Shown here: piece after piece, positions 12,685 to 26,115 of the stretch
Layout: the number at the start of each line of letters is the position of its first letter
Numbering within the stretch: the first letter of the stretch is position 1
Origin: Octopus vulgaris
Lineage: Eukaryota
DNA length: 64,000 bases
Direction: 5' to 3'
Assembly (NCBI GenBank): GCA_951406725.2
Contig: OX597832.1
Location: 35,092,001 to 35,156,000 of the forward strand
The notes under the pieces: generated by a model
Told to the model about the DNA's origin: nothing
Seen by the model: the letters and a program-made list of their open reading frames with translations, nothing else
Database searches by the model: none
Translations under genes and position numbers: made by a program

Positions 12685-13189
12685 GGTATTGTATATTGCT
12701 TTAGTGAAAATGTCCCCTTGCATTGGGAGGAAGTATAGTTTTGGATAGCTGCTGATTACACATGCAATATCATAGTTGCATTTTGGGATTCCAAGGTCTT
12801 CACTATCTCTTGTTTGCTTAGTATGCTATAGCAATCTCCTGTTCATGGATTGCAAAAGTGCTGCCTATAAAGTGTGATGTGATGTTGTGGTTGTGAACCC
12901 AAGAAAGCCTGCATTTCATGTCAATACTGGTTTCATCTTTAAGTCTACAGAAAACATCTACACCTAGTCTTTTTATTTTCCTCTTTTTGGCATGCTGAGC
13001 ATTCTTTGAAGTATGTTAGTCCTACTGTTTTGCAGTTATTTGGAAGGTAATTGGCATGAGGGTACCTCCTGAGGAGCTCCTGGACAACAAATGGATGGGT
13101 GGACTGATGGGTAAGTCTGAATGGAGGGATGGATACTTGTATGTTTGTTTATTCACTTGTCTATTAATATTTATTTGCTATATTTCCAG

Positions 13190-13369
13190 TCAACAAATTT
13201 CAAGTCTTTGATATTATCACTCTGCTTATTTCATGGAGTTATCCTTGAACGAAGAAGATTTGGACCACTCGGCTTCAATATTCCGTATGAATTCACTGAT
13301 GGGGATTTAAAAATCTGTATGAGTCAACTGAAAATGTTTCTTTCAGAATACACAGAAATACCATTCAAG
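13190..13369 (+). CDS. DNAH1: DNAH1-like exon
   Basis: AG/GT bounded. Encodes STNFKSLILSLCLFHGVILERRRFGPLGFNIPYEFTDGDLKICMSQLKMFLSEYTEIPFK. Confidence 0.97.
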
Positions 13370-14673
13370 GTGCGAATTTTATTAATATTGTAATACTGTT
13401 TCCTGTTAATTTTAAAACAAAAATTAAAACTCGTATTATGTGATAGAAAAATTTAATATCCCTATTTGTACATCAACCATTATTTTATACCTCAAATAAG
13501 TAAAATAGTTTGCAGTATCTTGTGTTTGGACATGCTGATGTTTTCTTGTAATTCTATGTTGAAGTGCACACCATGTTACAGTTTCTTCTGAAAGTCTCTG
13601 ACAAAATTCACAGCATCTCTTATCATCTGCTTACTAAAGTGATTGCCTTTATTCTTGATGCAGTGTCCATCTCGTCATATGCTGCCATTGTATTGAGGCT
13701 TGTCTTTGTGAAATTACACATTCTTCATACATGACAAATTGTTAAGTCATGAGATAGGTTTATTAAAAATGGTTATAAGTAATACTTCAGCTATTTTTCT
13801 GAAATGATGGAATGGAAGCACCTGAGGTGGACAGATTATACCTTTGAATTTAAATTGCTGGTGTTTTGCATGAGAGAAATCGAGGTAAAACCTGTAATGG
13901 ATTAATAAAAAAATATAGACAGACAGATTTATAGATTGACAAACAAACAGATTGACAGACACACAGACATGTTGGCAGGCAGTACTCACACTTGTTCAAC
14001 CATTTCAAGCAAGGCCTCATCTTCTACAAGAGAAGGTCTCCCTGACCTTGGTTTGTCTTCAAGGCTGGTGTCACCTTCCTTAACAACCAGTTTTATGCCA
14101 CACATTTGTCGACAGTTCCTGGCTCTTCCAAATCATCTTTTTGTTGCTGTTACCCTTGCACTCAGTCCTTTTTCTACAGGGAATGTAAAATGGCACTAAA
14201 TGTAGTTTTTTTACCTCCCATTATCAAAACTGTTAAATAAAGAAGAAAAGTTAATTTTTATATGTTATATATGAGAGCAAAGAATAAGCAATATAACATA
14301 GAGATACATTGCCAAAAATCATCAGTGAAAATCCCTAAAACTTCCGACTCATATATCCCAGAGTAGCAGTTCTCTACTGGTGGTCCATGACAGAAAAAAC
14401 TTCAACCACATATTTTACCAGAATTGTACATTAGAGTTTGTCAGAATGTCCTCATATATTTGCTTATTGTTATAGTTTTCTATTTGGTTGTATTATTTAA
14501 TATTTAATTTCTGGTTTAATTTCATTGATTTTTTGCTCAAAAGTGATTCATGAAAATATTCAGTAAACCAAAGGGGTTCACAAAAAAAAAACAAAAAAAA
14601 CTGTCACTTAATATTTATTTTATTAAGATTCATTATGTATTAATATCATTTTAATTAATATTGTCAACGACAG

Positions 14674-14850
14674 GTTTTAAAGTACACTGCTGGTCACATT
14701 AATTATGGTGGCAGAGTCACTGATGATCATGATAGGAGGTGTCTAATGACCATTCTGGATGATTTCTACAATAGCCAAATATTTGAAGAAAATTTTGCTT
14801 ATTCTGAGTCGAAGATTTACAAACAAATCTCCAGTGCTCAAGATCACAAT
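14674..14850 (+). CDS. DNAH1: DNAH1-like exon
   Basis: AG/GT bounded. Encodes VLKYTAGHINYGGRVTDDHDRRCLMTILDDFY...QDHN. Confidence 0.96.
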
Positions 14851-15985
14851 GTAGGTGGTTTATTGTTTCTCTGTTACTGCTTCTCTCTTTGTGTGTATGT
14901 GTGTGTGTCTTTAATGATGTGGATGTGAGTGTGCTAACTATTGTGCATGTGAAGGAGTATATTTGCAGTTGTTTTTGAATACATGTCTATGTGTTTATAT
15001 GTTTATACACACAGACACAGGCATATACTCTTACGTGTGTGTGTGCGCGTGCACAATATTTCAGGCTGATGGTCAGTGTAATCTTATAAAGTGAATGTTA
15101 TATGAAGTTTGAGAAGAAAGTTCTGTGGCCAAAGTGAAGTTTGTGTGATGAATGGTCAGTTTGGTCTGTGGTAGACACGGACTAAGGAATATTGTTCTGG
15201 AAAGAAGAAACGTTGACCATTTATTGACTTTCAATGGTTGTGGTACTAAGAGAAAAATTAAGAAGCCATGGAAAAGATCATTTATTCTTTTACTGTTACA
15301 ACCTGATTCTTATTTGGTACCAAATTTCTGTAAACAATACAAATTTTCTTTAGCATTTTACTCTACAAAAGAGACATACCACCTCTAAAGATTGCAATTT
15401 GTGATGAGGTTTATGTGATTAATATTAGCATGAAGTTCTGTCAGCCAAAACCTGTAATGAAAGCCTGGCAAGAGAGGGAATAGATGTCTGGAGAGGAAGG
15501 ACAAAATAGAATGTTTGGCAATGGGTTGTTGGAGAGAAAAAGAGACTCAGAGGAGGGAAGCTGAGTGAATTCAGTGGATTAACTCACAACTATTGCATCT
15601 GTTAAAACTTTAAATTCTTCCACAACTTTAAGTGTTCTTTAATCATTCATTATATAATATTAAGTGTTATGTATTTCATTAATTAATTTTAGCTGTTAAG
15701 ATGAATATTTTGCTATTATAACACTCAAATTAAGTCACTTGATACAAATTTAATTTTACTCCTACACTAGTGTTCCATTTTTTGATGATTTGATAAAAGT
15801 TTTAAATGAAAATGGATTTGAAAGTAAAAATGCAAACTGTTATCTGTAGAAAATTACAGAGAACAACAGTTGATAATCTTTATGAGTATAATGAAGAGAG
15901 TTGAGATATATCTGTTCACTCAATTCTTACTGTTTAATTCATAAATCCTTTGTGAAATTCTGATATATATATATCTTTCATTTAG

Positions 15986-16156
15986 GGTTATATGGCTTAT
16001 ATAAGAAACCTTCCCATTAATGATACACCAGAGATCTTTGGTCTTCATGACAATGCCAATATCACTTGTGCACAAACAGACACATTTCAGCTGTTAACAT
16101 GGTTGTTAAATTTGCAACCAAAGATATCTACAGGAGTTGGCACTTCCAGAGAAGAG
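15986..16156 (+). CDS. DNAH1: DNAH1-like exon
   Basis: AG/GT bounded. Encodes GYMAYIRNLPINDTPEIFGLHDNANITCAQ...TSREE. Confidence 0.96.
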
Positions 16157-16981
16157 GTAAGTGCTATCTTTTCTACAATCTTAAATCTATCAAAGGAAAT
16201 ATTAAGTAAATTGCATTTCCATTCTAAACATAGTTTCCCTTCGGTTGTTACTAAGGTTCAGCATTCATCTCGCTGTTTTTTGATAAAACAGGGTTTATCA
16301 TAAATATTTCAGTGTATAATGTTTGGTGTATTTTTAGACATGTAACATATCTCATTGAATAAGAATTCCTTTGACCAAATCAGTTAAAGAACTGCATATA
16401 TTCCATTTCACTTTCTTTTCTCATCCATCCTTCATTTACAGTATTTCTCTTTCGCATTTTTCATTTTCTGCTGACCAACCTTTTCACCTGAACTACCTCA
16501 TACTTAACACCTAATATTTGCTATAATTCTCAACACTTCATGTCTGTCATCACCAGCACTCTCTCTATCCATTCCTATGTATCTCTGACCTTCATCTCTG
16601 TTACTGTCTACCTCTCTCTCCTTCCCCCTCACATTTCACATCATTTCCCTATTTCTCACCCACTTACAGTTTTAGACTACTTCTGCTCTCCACCCTTTCT
16701 GTATGGCTATTTATCACCTCCTCCTCCACCCCTGATCTGCCCCCTTTCATTCACCTTCACTTCGAACCATCTGTCACTCTCCTTTCACACTCTTGTGAAC
16801 TTTAACCCAATCCACTGTCCTTATTCATTCTTATATTCACCTTCCTTCTTGCACCTTAATGAGAAGCCCTGATACTTTGTTTCCACATCTGTTTCCTTTT
16901 CCATTTACTTTCACCCATCCTTAAGCACCACTGTTATTTCTACTCTATACTTATTTTTGTATATATTGCTTAACCAAACAG

Positions 16982-17112
16982 GCCACTGAAGAAACGGCCA
17001 AAGATATCATACAGCAACTCCCTAACTTATTTCATGTGAAAAGTGTCATGGAACAGTACCCAATATTGTATGAACAATCTATGAATACAGTTCTTGTCCA
17101 AGAAGTCATTAG
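16982..17112 (+). CDS. DNAH1: DNAH1-like exon
   Basis: AG/GT bounded, ends in phase 2. Encodes ATEETAKDIIQQLP...YPILYEQSMNTVLVQEVIR. Confidence 0.95.
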
Positions 17113-17309
17113 GTAAGATATAAATTTTAATACCTTTTGATGTAGTGTCATTTATGTTTTGTGTATAAATATAGTAGCACTGCACATGTATGTTGTTTTT
17201 GTGAAGGATATCAGGTTGAGCCAAATGTGTTTTGTCTTTTTTTTTCTGTATTTCAAGCTTTAATTAATAATTCAAACAAATCACATATGAAAAGCATTTA
17301 TTCATCAAA

Positions 17310-17820
17310 ATATATACGATCGTATTCTGTTGTATGTTACCATTGTTGTGTTAGGAGCTCAATTCCAGACTTTTGGCTGGTTCAGAGACAGAAACGCCCT
17401 ACACCTGTTTTCAACTTCATCCACATTGTTGATCCTCTTTCTATTCAGGAAATGGCTCGGAAAAGTTGGTAATTTTGGACTGTAGGCAGAACTTCCAGCC
17501 TCTCACATCTCTGAAATTTGCACTTGGTTACATTGGTAGTGTGTGCTGAGGCCATTGTCATGCTGTAGGAGTGTGCTTCCTCAATTGATCAATGCCAGCC
17601 AGTTGGCTTTCAAAATATCGTTTACTCATTGTGGTTGTTGAGCATAAAGGTTAGCATTCACAACATGAGCATTCACAACATGACAACACAGCATTCACAA
17701 CATGAGCATTCACAACATGACAACACAGCATTCACAATATGAGACAAATTCAAAGTGCACCAAACTCCTTCGAAATTGCACCACACACACATGACCTTCT
17801 GCTCAAACCACCTTAGACAA
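17310..17820 (-). mobile_element. Degenerate mariner fragment with an internal AGCATTCACAACATG tandem repeat
   Basis: Minus strand LQHDNG (mariner HDNA motif) near 17550-17570. Boundaries approximate. Confidence 0.5.
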
Positions 17821-18324
17821 CTATTTCTTCACACTCTAGCTTTCACTAGTGAAGTTTTAGAGATGGAGAGCAATATATAAAAAGTATAAATCTTTAGGTA
17901 AATATATTCAATTTAAAATATTCAAATAAAAATATATATTTTTAATACAATAACTTCTCTCACACAGGTATATCTTTAGGATGAGTTTGGATATTAATTT
18001 CTTTATATTAATAATAATAATATATTATTCAAAAATATATCTATATAAAAAGTAGGCGTGTGTGTTGAGGAGCTGTTAATCAATTAGGTACTGACTACAG
18101 AGAGAAAGAGAGACAGAGAAGTTTGATATTGTTAAGGGGACATTGGAATTATTTCTACACTTACTCAGTTCTGGTGCTGTATAGATATTCCTGTTATGCG
18201 TATTAGCAACAGAAATATTACCATTTTGTATAATGGCAGTTTAAGAACTGTTATTAGAATTGTGCTTATTGGATCTACTCCCAGAATCTAAGATTGAACT
18301 GGAAATAATGCAGTTATTACATGC

Positions 18325-18331
18325 ATGCATG

Positions 18332-18363
<32 letters not shown>

Positions 18364-18540
18364 TATTCATACATACATACATGCACACACACATGCACAC
18401 ACACATACATACACATACATACACATACACACATACACATACACACATACACATAGACATACACACACACATACACAGATACACACGCATACACACACAC
18501 ACACAAATGTATGTATGCATGTATATATACATACATATAT
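18325..18540. repeat. (CA)n/(CATA)n microsatellite
   Basis: Directly visible. Confidence 0.95.
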
Positions 18541-18589
18541 TAGAGAGTAAACACGTATGTATACATACATATTTGCTTGTATGTCCTCT

Positions 18590-19250
18590 TCTGTTTTTAA
18601 TTATTTAAATTGATCCTCTGACGAAGAAGCTGGTTTCTGACAAACATATAAAGCTCCATCGTTGGAATGTAGATAACAAAAACAATGTCACATTTTAAAC
18701 TTGAAAAAAGCCTTGTATATTTTTACTGTTCCACTTACAAATTGCTTCCGTATTGTACAAATTAGCTGGTCAATATTTTGGGGTTTTTTTCTGGAAACCC
18801 TGCCTATTTTAGGTTGTCCCTTAGGCATTTACTCACAAAACTAAAGGTACCAGTTATTATTGGTATAAATGTGAATTTATCATGTGGATGCAGAAGCAGG
18901 AAGCTTCAAAGCAACTGTCCATGGTTATCCTCTTTGAAAGTGGTAGGACATCCTTTTTGTTGTGTGTCCCAAACAACATTATCTGGCCTGCCATGTTTAG
19001 ACTTGACGGATGTTTTGAAGGGAATGTCCCACCATTACTGCTTTCATTGATGTTTGTGTATGTATTCAATAACAGGATTTTCAATATTTATTCTTAGAAA
19101 TTCGTTTTTCTGAGTGGCATTGTGTATTATTGTGTAGCAACAATGTTCTGCCACATACGAAGGTAGTAACTTTGATGACATTTTTGGGTAACTGCTAATC
19201 ACATGCATGATGTCTTCCACAAAATAGGTCTAAGAGCTATTCATGTGTGT
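18590..19250 (-). mobile_element. RLE-bearing (R4-like) non-LTR retrotransposon 3' fragment
   Basis: Minus strand: VEDIMHVISSYPKMSS (zinc-knuckle remnant) and WWDIPFKTSVKSKHGRPDNVVWD (PD motif). Paralogous to 36380-37020. Confidence 0.7.
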
Positions 19251-20440
19251 ATCTCAGTTTTTGTTCCTATGTACATTACTTACTCTGTCATCAGAAATGC
19301 TGATTTCGTTTTCTTTTCTTTTTTTTTCTTTTGGTAGTATGTCAGTAGACTAATGAACAAAAGTTTGAAGCTTCTAGGGGTCATTTGAAAGTTATTATTT
19401 TTAAGGTACAAGGACTTGTGTCCAAGAATACAAAAGCTGAAAAATTTTATTGTGACATTGACTTGTTTAGTCTAAAAACTAGAAACATATACAGTCAAAT
19501 AGAATTTGAATTTTAGTTTTATAAAGAATTTTTATTTCTTGTAGCATTTTGGAAATTACTGGTTTAGACCAACAGAGTTATCTCCCCTGCACTTATCGCT
19601 TGAGATCTTTCTTGTAATGTCTGTTCTCTCAGTTCACTGTTTGGCAACCACTACGCCATATATATATGATTGTCTCCTCTCGTACATATTAACCGAGGTT
19701 GTTTATGTCTGCCTGCTCTCTTAATGCATTCGTTCTCAACTTTATATGTAAATTAACAAATTTTACCTCTCTTCTCATTAGACTCCGCACATCTGCATTC
19801 AATGTCCGAGTCTAATTACACTGTAACATCTCACTCAATCTATGCTTCATGACTGAGAAAAGAAATTCTGACCAACACAGATAACCGATTCTTGACCTTC
19901 TACTTCTTTCTGACTTGAGCTTTACTACTAAGTTGTTTTACTACACTTGCATCTTCACAATTTGCAATGCTGGCATGGGCTGGATTATAATTTGACATTG
20001 GTTTCTCCCTGATGGTATGATTGGACGAGTCTATCACATGGCATATCACCACTTATCTCACTCATTTTCTGTGAGGTCAAATATATAAAAATTTGACCTT
20101 ACGTCTTCCGTTTTCCTTGCTCTCTCGCAGATGCCTTTCTTTTACAGTAAATATACAATGAGTCCCCACCGTCACTTCCTTTTTATTCACATAATATATC
20201 CGGTCAACCTGGTCATCTTCTCACTATACATGAATGTCCAACCACTTTCTTAGCAGCTGATTAATGCTCTCCTTTTCATACATATTAATATTCCACATTC
20301 AAAAGATAATATTCACCTTATTTTTCTACAATCTTTAACGTCAGGCCTTACAGCCATACATCACTTTCTTATATATGCTTCATCTTCATCAACCCAGACT
20401 CAATTCTTAATATAGAATGTGTTTTTGAATGGTCTTTTAG

Positions 20441-20585
20441 ATATAACAGGCTTCTTGCAGTTTGTCATAAAAGTCTTCAGGATTTACTGAAAGCCCTGAA
20501 AGGTTTGGTTGTTATGTCTCAGCAACTGGAAGCCTTATCAAACAGCCTTTTCAACAACAAAATTCCGGCAATGTGGGACTTGAAG
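20441..20585 (+). CDS. DNAH1: DNAH1-like exon
   Basis: AG/GT bounded, phase 2/0. Encodes YNRLLAVCHKSLQDLLKALKGLVVMSQQLEALSNSLFNNKIPAMWDLK. Confidence 0.96.
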
Positions 20586-20624
20586 GTAAGATATTATTTC
20601 TAAATCAGAATAGAATGAACAGAT

Positions 20625-20750
20625 GAATGATGATGATGATGGTGGTGGTGGTAGTGGTAATGATGAGGAGGAGGATGATGATGGTGGTGGTGGTGGTAGT
20701 GGTAATGATGAGGAGGATGATGATGATGGTGGTGGTGGTGATGTTGATGA
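20625..20750. repeat. Compound (GAT)/(GGT)/(GAG) trinucleotide repeat
   Basis: Directly visible, with an internally duplicated ~45-bp unit. Confidence 0.9.
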
Positions 20751-21959
20751 CAGCTCCTCCCCCTCTTCTTCCTCTTCCACTTTGTACTCCCCACTTTTTC
20801 TCCATTCAACCAAACAGGACACCCTATTCCCCCTCTCTCCTTAACTTATACCCCTCTTCCTCCTCTCTCCACCTTTCTCCCCCATCTCTCTCCCTCACTT
20901 CACTTCCTTTCCATTTTGTCAACCAGCCCCTATCAAGTTTTCCTCCACTCCTGGCATCTTACACACAACCCTTGCTTTGCAAGATAGTTTTAAAACTCCC
21001 TCCACTGCTCTCTCCTGTCTCCCCCTCGGTCCTCCCCCTCTCTCACTCTTCCACCACACTCACAAATTCATGAGAGACAGTTTCAAGTTGATGCTCTGAA
21101 AAAAGGAAAAAAAAAAAAGACCAGTATTTTTTTTTTTCTTTTTGCCAAATAAACACACAGAATATGTATTCCTTCTTCGCTTCACCCTTATTATTGTTCT
21201 TATTTTATGTCCTTTGTCTGGAAATCTTTTGTTACACATCCTATGACCTCTTCAGCAAACCTTCATTCCCCTGTTTAGCTCATTTTGTCTTCAGAATGGA
21301 CTAAAAACAGAAAAACATACCATCTCCATTTATAACAATATCTGTTTCAACACACAATTTCACATCAGAAATTTTGCAAAACAAATACATGAAGGAATTC
21401 CAACCATGTTTCATGGTTCACTACCCCAACAGCTCCTTTATAGGATCCAGTGGCTAAAGTCATCATCAGGAGGAACCACATCTAGTTTCAGCCCCTACTC
21501 CTCTACCGTTTTCGACATGGTGGGATTCTCCTTTCAGGTGTCTTCAGCTCTAGTGTTGAGTGCATTTCTTCATTCTCCTTTTTTCTTTTGTTCTTTGGCC
21601 TCTTCAATGCAGTGTCAACAAATGTCAGCAGGTGAATGACCATCCTGCCAAATTTTCCTTTAAATACTTGCCAGTAGGCTCCAGCAGCCAGGACCAGCTA
21701 ACTGTCACGTGACACTGTCTAAGCTTCGACTGACCAATGGAAGGGAAAGGCGTGTAGTTTTAGCCTGTGCCCTTTCTAAATCTGCCTTCCAACAGTGTTG
21801 TGTTAGTTTTAGTTCCAGCAGCCAGAGCCGACCAGCTGTTTAGTGGTACAAGCCTTCGAACAAGGTGGAGGGGGCACCATAAACAAGACTACTACCTTGG
21901 CCCACCTGTCAATCATTGATGCTGCTTAAATGTCAGCCAGCCTCACCTAGCGACACTAT

Positions 21960-22630
21960 CTCCCAGTCAGCACGTTATGGCTTTTGAGCCATTTTTGGTC
22001 TTCTCACTCCAGCCATATATAGAAACTGGCTTTTTTCGACTGCCTCCTGTATCCTCTTTATTACTTTTCTCAGCTCTGAGCCTGAAAATGCAAACCTTCT
22101 TTTAAATAATGTTGTCATTTTCCTTTCAGTGAAGCCCCTAGCCCCCACTGCCGGGTGATAATATCCGACAGTCCATTCCTGTTCTTCACACCCTTCAATT
22201 AATTTCTCATGCCTCTTCTCCTTCCATTGCTCTGCATTAGTCATGTTCTCTTCCCATGACACTGTCAGATCCAGCAAAATTCCAATTCTCTGTTCTGTGT
22301 TCCATATGATTAAGTCCGGTCTTTTTGTTGTTTTTATGAGTTTGAAATAATAAGTTTTTCCAAATCCGTGGCCAGTTCCCAGTATCCCTTCCATCTTTCA
22401 GCTATCTCGTATATTTTATTTGAAGGCCTGGCCTACCTCCTTCTGGAAGTATTTTTTCCATGCTTTTCCACTTTTGGGTACTCTCCCCTATTATATCCCT
22501 CGATCTTCTCCTTATGTGCTGTGCTTATGACACCGAGGACTTGATTGTGAGACTACGTATACCAGTCTAGTGCTAACCTGCAGTTTGACAGAACACATCT
22601 CACCGTCGCTTTCTCTCCGCATCTACAAAA
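21960..22630 (-). mobile_element. HERO-like RLE non-LTR retrotransposon 3' fragment
   Basis: Minus strand: CRCGEKATVRCVLSNCRLAL...HNQVL (knuckle remnant) and RPDLIIWN...LLDLTVSWEENM...AVGARGF. Confidence 0.75.
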
Positions 22631-23513
22631 CCTTTTTTTTCTTACACAAAGAATAGTGTGGAGCAGAGGTGCAAAATGGACTTGATGAGTTCTCCACAAT
22701 AAACTGCAGTTTGCATCATTCCCTTTCTATCATTCTCTTTTCTGTACATCACTTTTTTATTGATATTTATCATTCTCTTTCTACCATCATCTTGATTAGC
22801 CATCAATTGTGCTCTCCCCCATCAACTAACATTACCAGCCACTTCTATGCTGCTAGCTGCCATTCATCTCCAAGCTTACGCATTTCTGATATCCCTTCAT
22901 CTCTCTTACCACTGACCATTTCTAATAACATAATTTCTTTTCTTAATTCTCTGTTCTCATCAACAACATTTTTTAAAACCTCGCTTTCTCGTGCAAAACA
23001 TTGCAAAAGCATATGTCCAAAATGTTTTGAAATGGGATCATCTTTGACATCTACAGTAAATTAAAGAAATATAGACGGATGGGTGTTATTGAAAAGTTTC
23101 TTAGGAATTCAACTGTCATAAAAATAACTTTGAATACAGTTGTATCAATAGGTTTCAGATATTAGCTTCATGGGACACAACTCTTTTACACGTAATGAGG
23201 AAGCAGCTCAAACAAAAGTTCTCTCCCTTGAATCGTAAACGTATTTTCTTTCCTACCGGCAGTTTGTAAGATGCTCTGCACCCTGAACTGAGTGCTTGCA
23301 CATCACCTTTTAGCTTCTGTGGAGCCTCTAATAATGGAGTGCAAGTTTATTGGTGAAGACGTTTACATTTGTAGCAAAGATCACCACACACACACACCCC
23401 ACAGATACACACACATATATACATACATGCATATATATATGTACATGTATATATGTACATCACTTCTAACATTGTGTGTGTGTATATATATATACACACA
23501 CACACATATATAT

Positions 23514-23726
23514 ATTTCTTTATTGCCCTCAGCGGGCTAAACATAGAGGGGACAAACAAGGACAGACAAAGGGATTAAATTGATTACATCGACACCAGTG
23601 CATAACAGGTACTTATTTAATCGACCCCGAAAGGATGAAAGGCAAAGTTGACCTCAGCAGAATTTTAACTCAGAACGTAATGGCATTTTGTCCAGCATGC
23701 TAATGATTCTGCCAACTCACCACCTT
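23514..23726 (-). mobile_element. SINE family 2 copy (tRNA-like head, Nin-like central domain)
   Basis: Homologous to 39759-39995. Central GCCTTTCATCCTTTCGGGGTCGATTAAATAAGTACC. Confidence 0.85.
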
Positions 23727-24898
23727 ACACACACACACACACACACACATGCACACACACACACATACCCACACATATATACATTCATACATATACATAT
23801 AAAAACTAAGAGTTCAAAATACTTGCATCCATTAGTCTACTGGAGTGGGGATGCTCTGAGCTGACTATTGCTGTTTTTACACCTTTTTGTGCCAAGTGGG
23901 AATTTTTTTCTCTGCAATAAACTGTGTTGAAAAACCCTTGATGGGTTAAAGAGGTGTGCCACAAAGTATGATATATTAGCAAAACGTTTGGGTGGGATAG
24001 ATAAGTTTCACATTCATGCCAAATGCTTGATGTGGTTTGACAACAACCTTCATGGCTCCAATTAGGCTTGTGTGTGGTGCCTGTGGATTGAATAGGAAAG
24101 AAATGTGAAAAAACATAGCTGGTATTTTATGCTTTATATTAAGTACAAGTGTTTCCGAAAGCTACCATTTTTAATTTCCTTGATCTGTTCATCCTATTAT
24201 GAAACACAATGCAACCAGCTTACATTATCAGCAGTATTGGCAAAAATACAACAAAGATACTAACCCTCATATACACTAGTAAACGAATAAGTGCAGTCGA
24301 ATTATTATAGGAGAATAAAATAGAAGGAAAAGAAGAAGGTAAGAAAATGTGAGAGAGGAATGTAAAGGAGGAAAGAAGATTTCCTCAGTTCACTGGTTGT
24401 GAACAGGTGACACTTTGTTACATTCTCCAGCAAAGTGGGAAATAACCCTGTGGCTAAGCAGTACCAGCCTGATGTTCAGGAGCAAAAGCATCCCTTCACT
24501 CTTTGATAAACCTTCAGTCTTTCTAGAGATGGTGTCTCAATAAACAGTTATTGGTTGTTGTACAACCTCAAAAACATTAATTTCTTATTCTGTTGTGTCT
24601 GGGGAGAGTCATTTTCTTTTTGTGCCTTATAATATAACACACTCACCGGTAAAACTATTGAAAAGGTTGCAAGATGCAGCGAAAATTTTAGGAAAATAAA
24701 AATAACAAAAAGTGGAAATTTTACCTGTGAGTGTGTTACATCATAAGGCACAAAAAGAAAATGACTCTCCCCAGACACAACAGAATATACTTCAACACAC
24801 GAACTCATATAAAGAATCTTGCAAACCAAATCCAAAAACGAAATATTAATTTCTTATGAATAAATGGAATATAACAATGGTTCAAATAATTGCTTAAA

Positions 24899-25300
24899 GG
24901 CGCAGGAGTGGCTGTGTGGTAAGTAGCTTGTTTACCAACCACATGGTTCCGGGTTCAGTCCCACTGCATGGCACCTTGGGCAAGTGTCTTCTACTATAGC
25001 CTCGGGCCGACCAAAGCCTTGTGAGTGGATTTGGTAGACGGAAACTGAAAGAAGCCCGTCGTATATATGTATATATATATGTATGTGTGTGTGTTTGTGT
25101 GTCCGTGTTTGTCCCCCTAGCATTGCTTGACAACTGATGCTGGTGTGTTTATGTCCCCGTCACTTAGCGGTTCGGCAAAAAGAGACCGATAGAATAAGTA
25201 CTGGGCTTACAAAGAATAAGTGCCGGGGTCGAGTTGCTCGATTAAAGGCGGTGCTCCAGCATGGCCGCAGTCAAATGACTGAAACAAGTAAGTAAAGAGT
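24899..25300 (+). mobile_element. Full-length tRNA-derived SINE (family 1, CORE-like)
   Basis: A box TGGCTGTGTGG, B box GGTTCAGTCCC, CORE-like ACCTTGGGCAAGTG, internal microsatellite, LINE-like tail GGCGGTGCTCCAGCATGGCCGCAG. Confidence 0.88.
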
Positions 25301-25878
25301 AAATGAAGTTAGAACCCAAAGTGAAGGTTTCCTGCTCAGTAGGGGTCTTATGGAGGAGCAATGTGTGGCTGGTCATCATTGAGTGACTGCTCAAATGAAG
25401 TGAAGCATGCAAGACAACATCCTTGCTATGAAATGCTGTAATGAAAGACAATGAGAGAGAAGTGGTTACCATGACAACTGTTAGTCAAATGAGAGCAGAA
25501 ACATGGTTTTAAGATAACTGAATAAAGGTTATATTTTCAAACAGAAAAATTGCAGCAAAACTGCATAATAGTGGTGTTGGACGTGGTATGCTGGCCATCA
25601 TGTAGTTTGTTTGACATTGCATTTTATTCTGCTTTACGAATTCAGTGTATTGTTGCTTCTCTTTCTGCCTCCTACTCAAAACTGTTCACAGATCGCAGCC
25701 CTTTTTACAAGTGTGCTTTGTTCTGTAATGGTTGTGAAATAAGGCAACTAAAAGCAAGACATTGTAGAGGAAAGTGAGGAACAGAATGCAAAAAATAATG
25801 ATGTTGAAAGCAAGACCAGCTTAAATGTAAACAGTCTCAACACATACATACACATGTGTGTGTGTGTGTGTCTAATAC

Positions 25879-26115
25879 ATACCTATTTCTTTACTACCCA
25901 CAAGGGGCTAAACACAGAGAGGACAAACAAGGACAGACAAACGGATTAAGTTGATTATATCAACCCCAGCATATAACTGGTACTTAATTTATTGACCCCA
26001 AAAGGATGAAAGGCAAAGTCGACCTCAGCGGAATTTGAACTCAGAACATAACAGCAGACGAAATATGGCTAAGTATTTCGCCTGGTGTGCTAACGTTTCT
26101 GCCAGTTCGTTGCCT
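25879..26115 (-). mobile_element. SINE family 2 full copy with 19-bp TSD
   Basis: TSD TGTGTGTCTAATACATACC at 25865-25883 and 26116-26134. B box GAGTTCAAATTCC on the minus strand. Confidence 0.9.

Noticed and set aside
14704-14739. YGGRVTDDHDRR instead of DDWDRR in dynein AAA6
   Set aside because: This position varies among dynein heavy chains. All exons stay in frame, so there is no sign of pseudogenisation.
18617-18650. CTGACGA hammerhead-like box
   Set aside because: No GAAA box with compatible stems on the same strand. It lies in an RLE element's 3' UTR.
20538-21073. Poly-D/G/H/P/M ORFs
   Set aside because: An intronic trinucleotide repeat and CT-rich tract just after a GT donor.
24899-24970. 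Possible tRNA gene
   Set aside because: A and B boxes are present, but the sequence continues into a SINE body with no complete cloverleaf or terminator.
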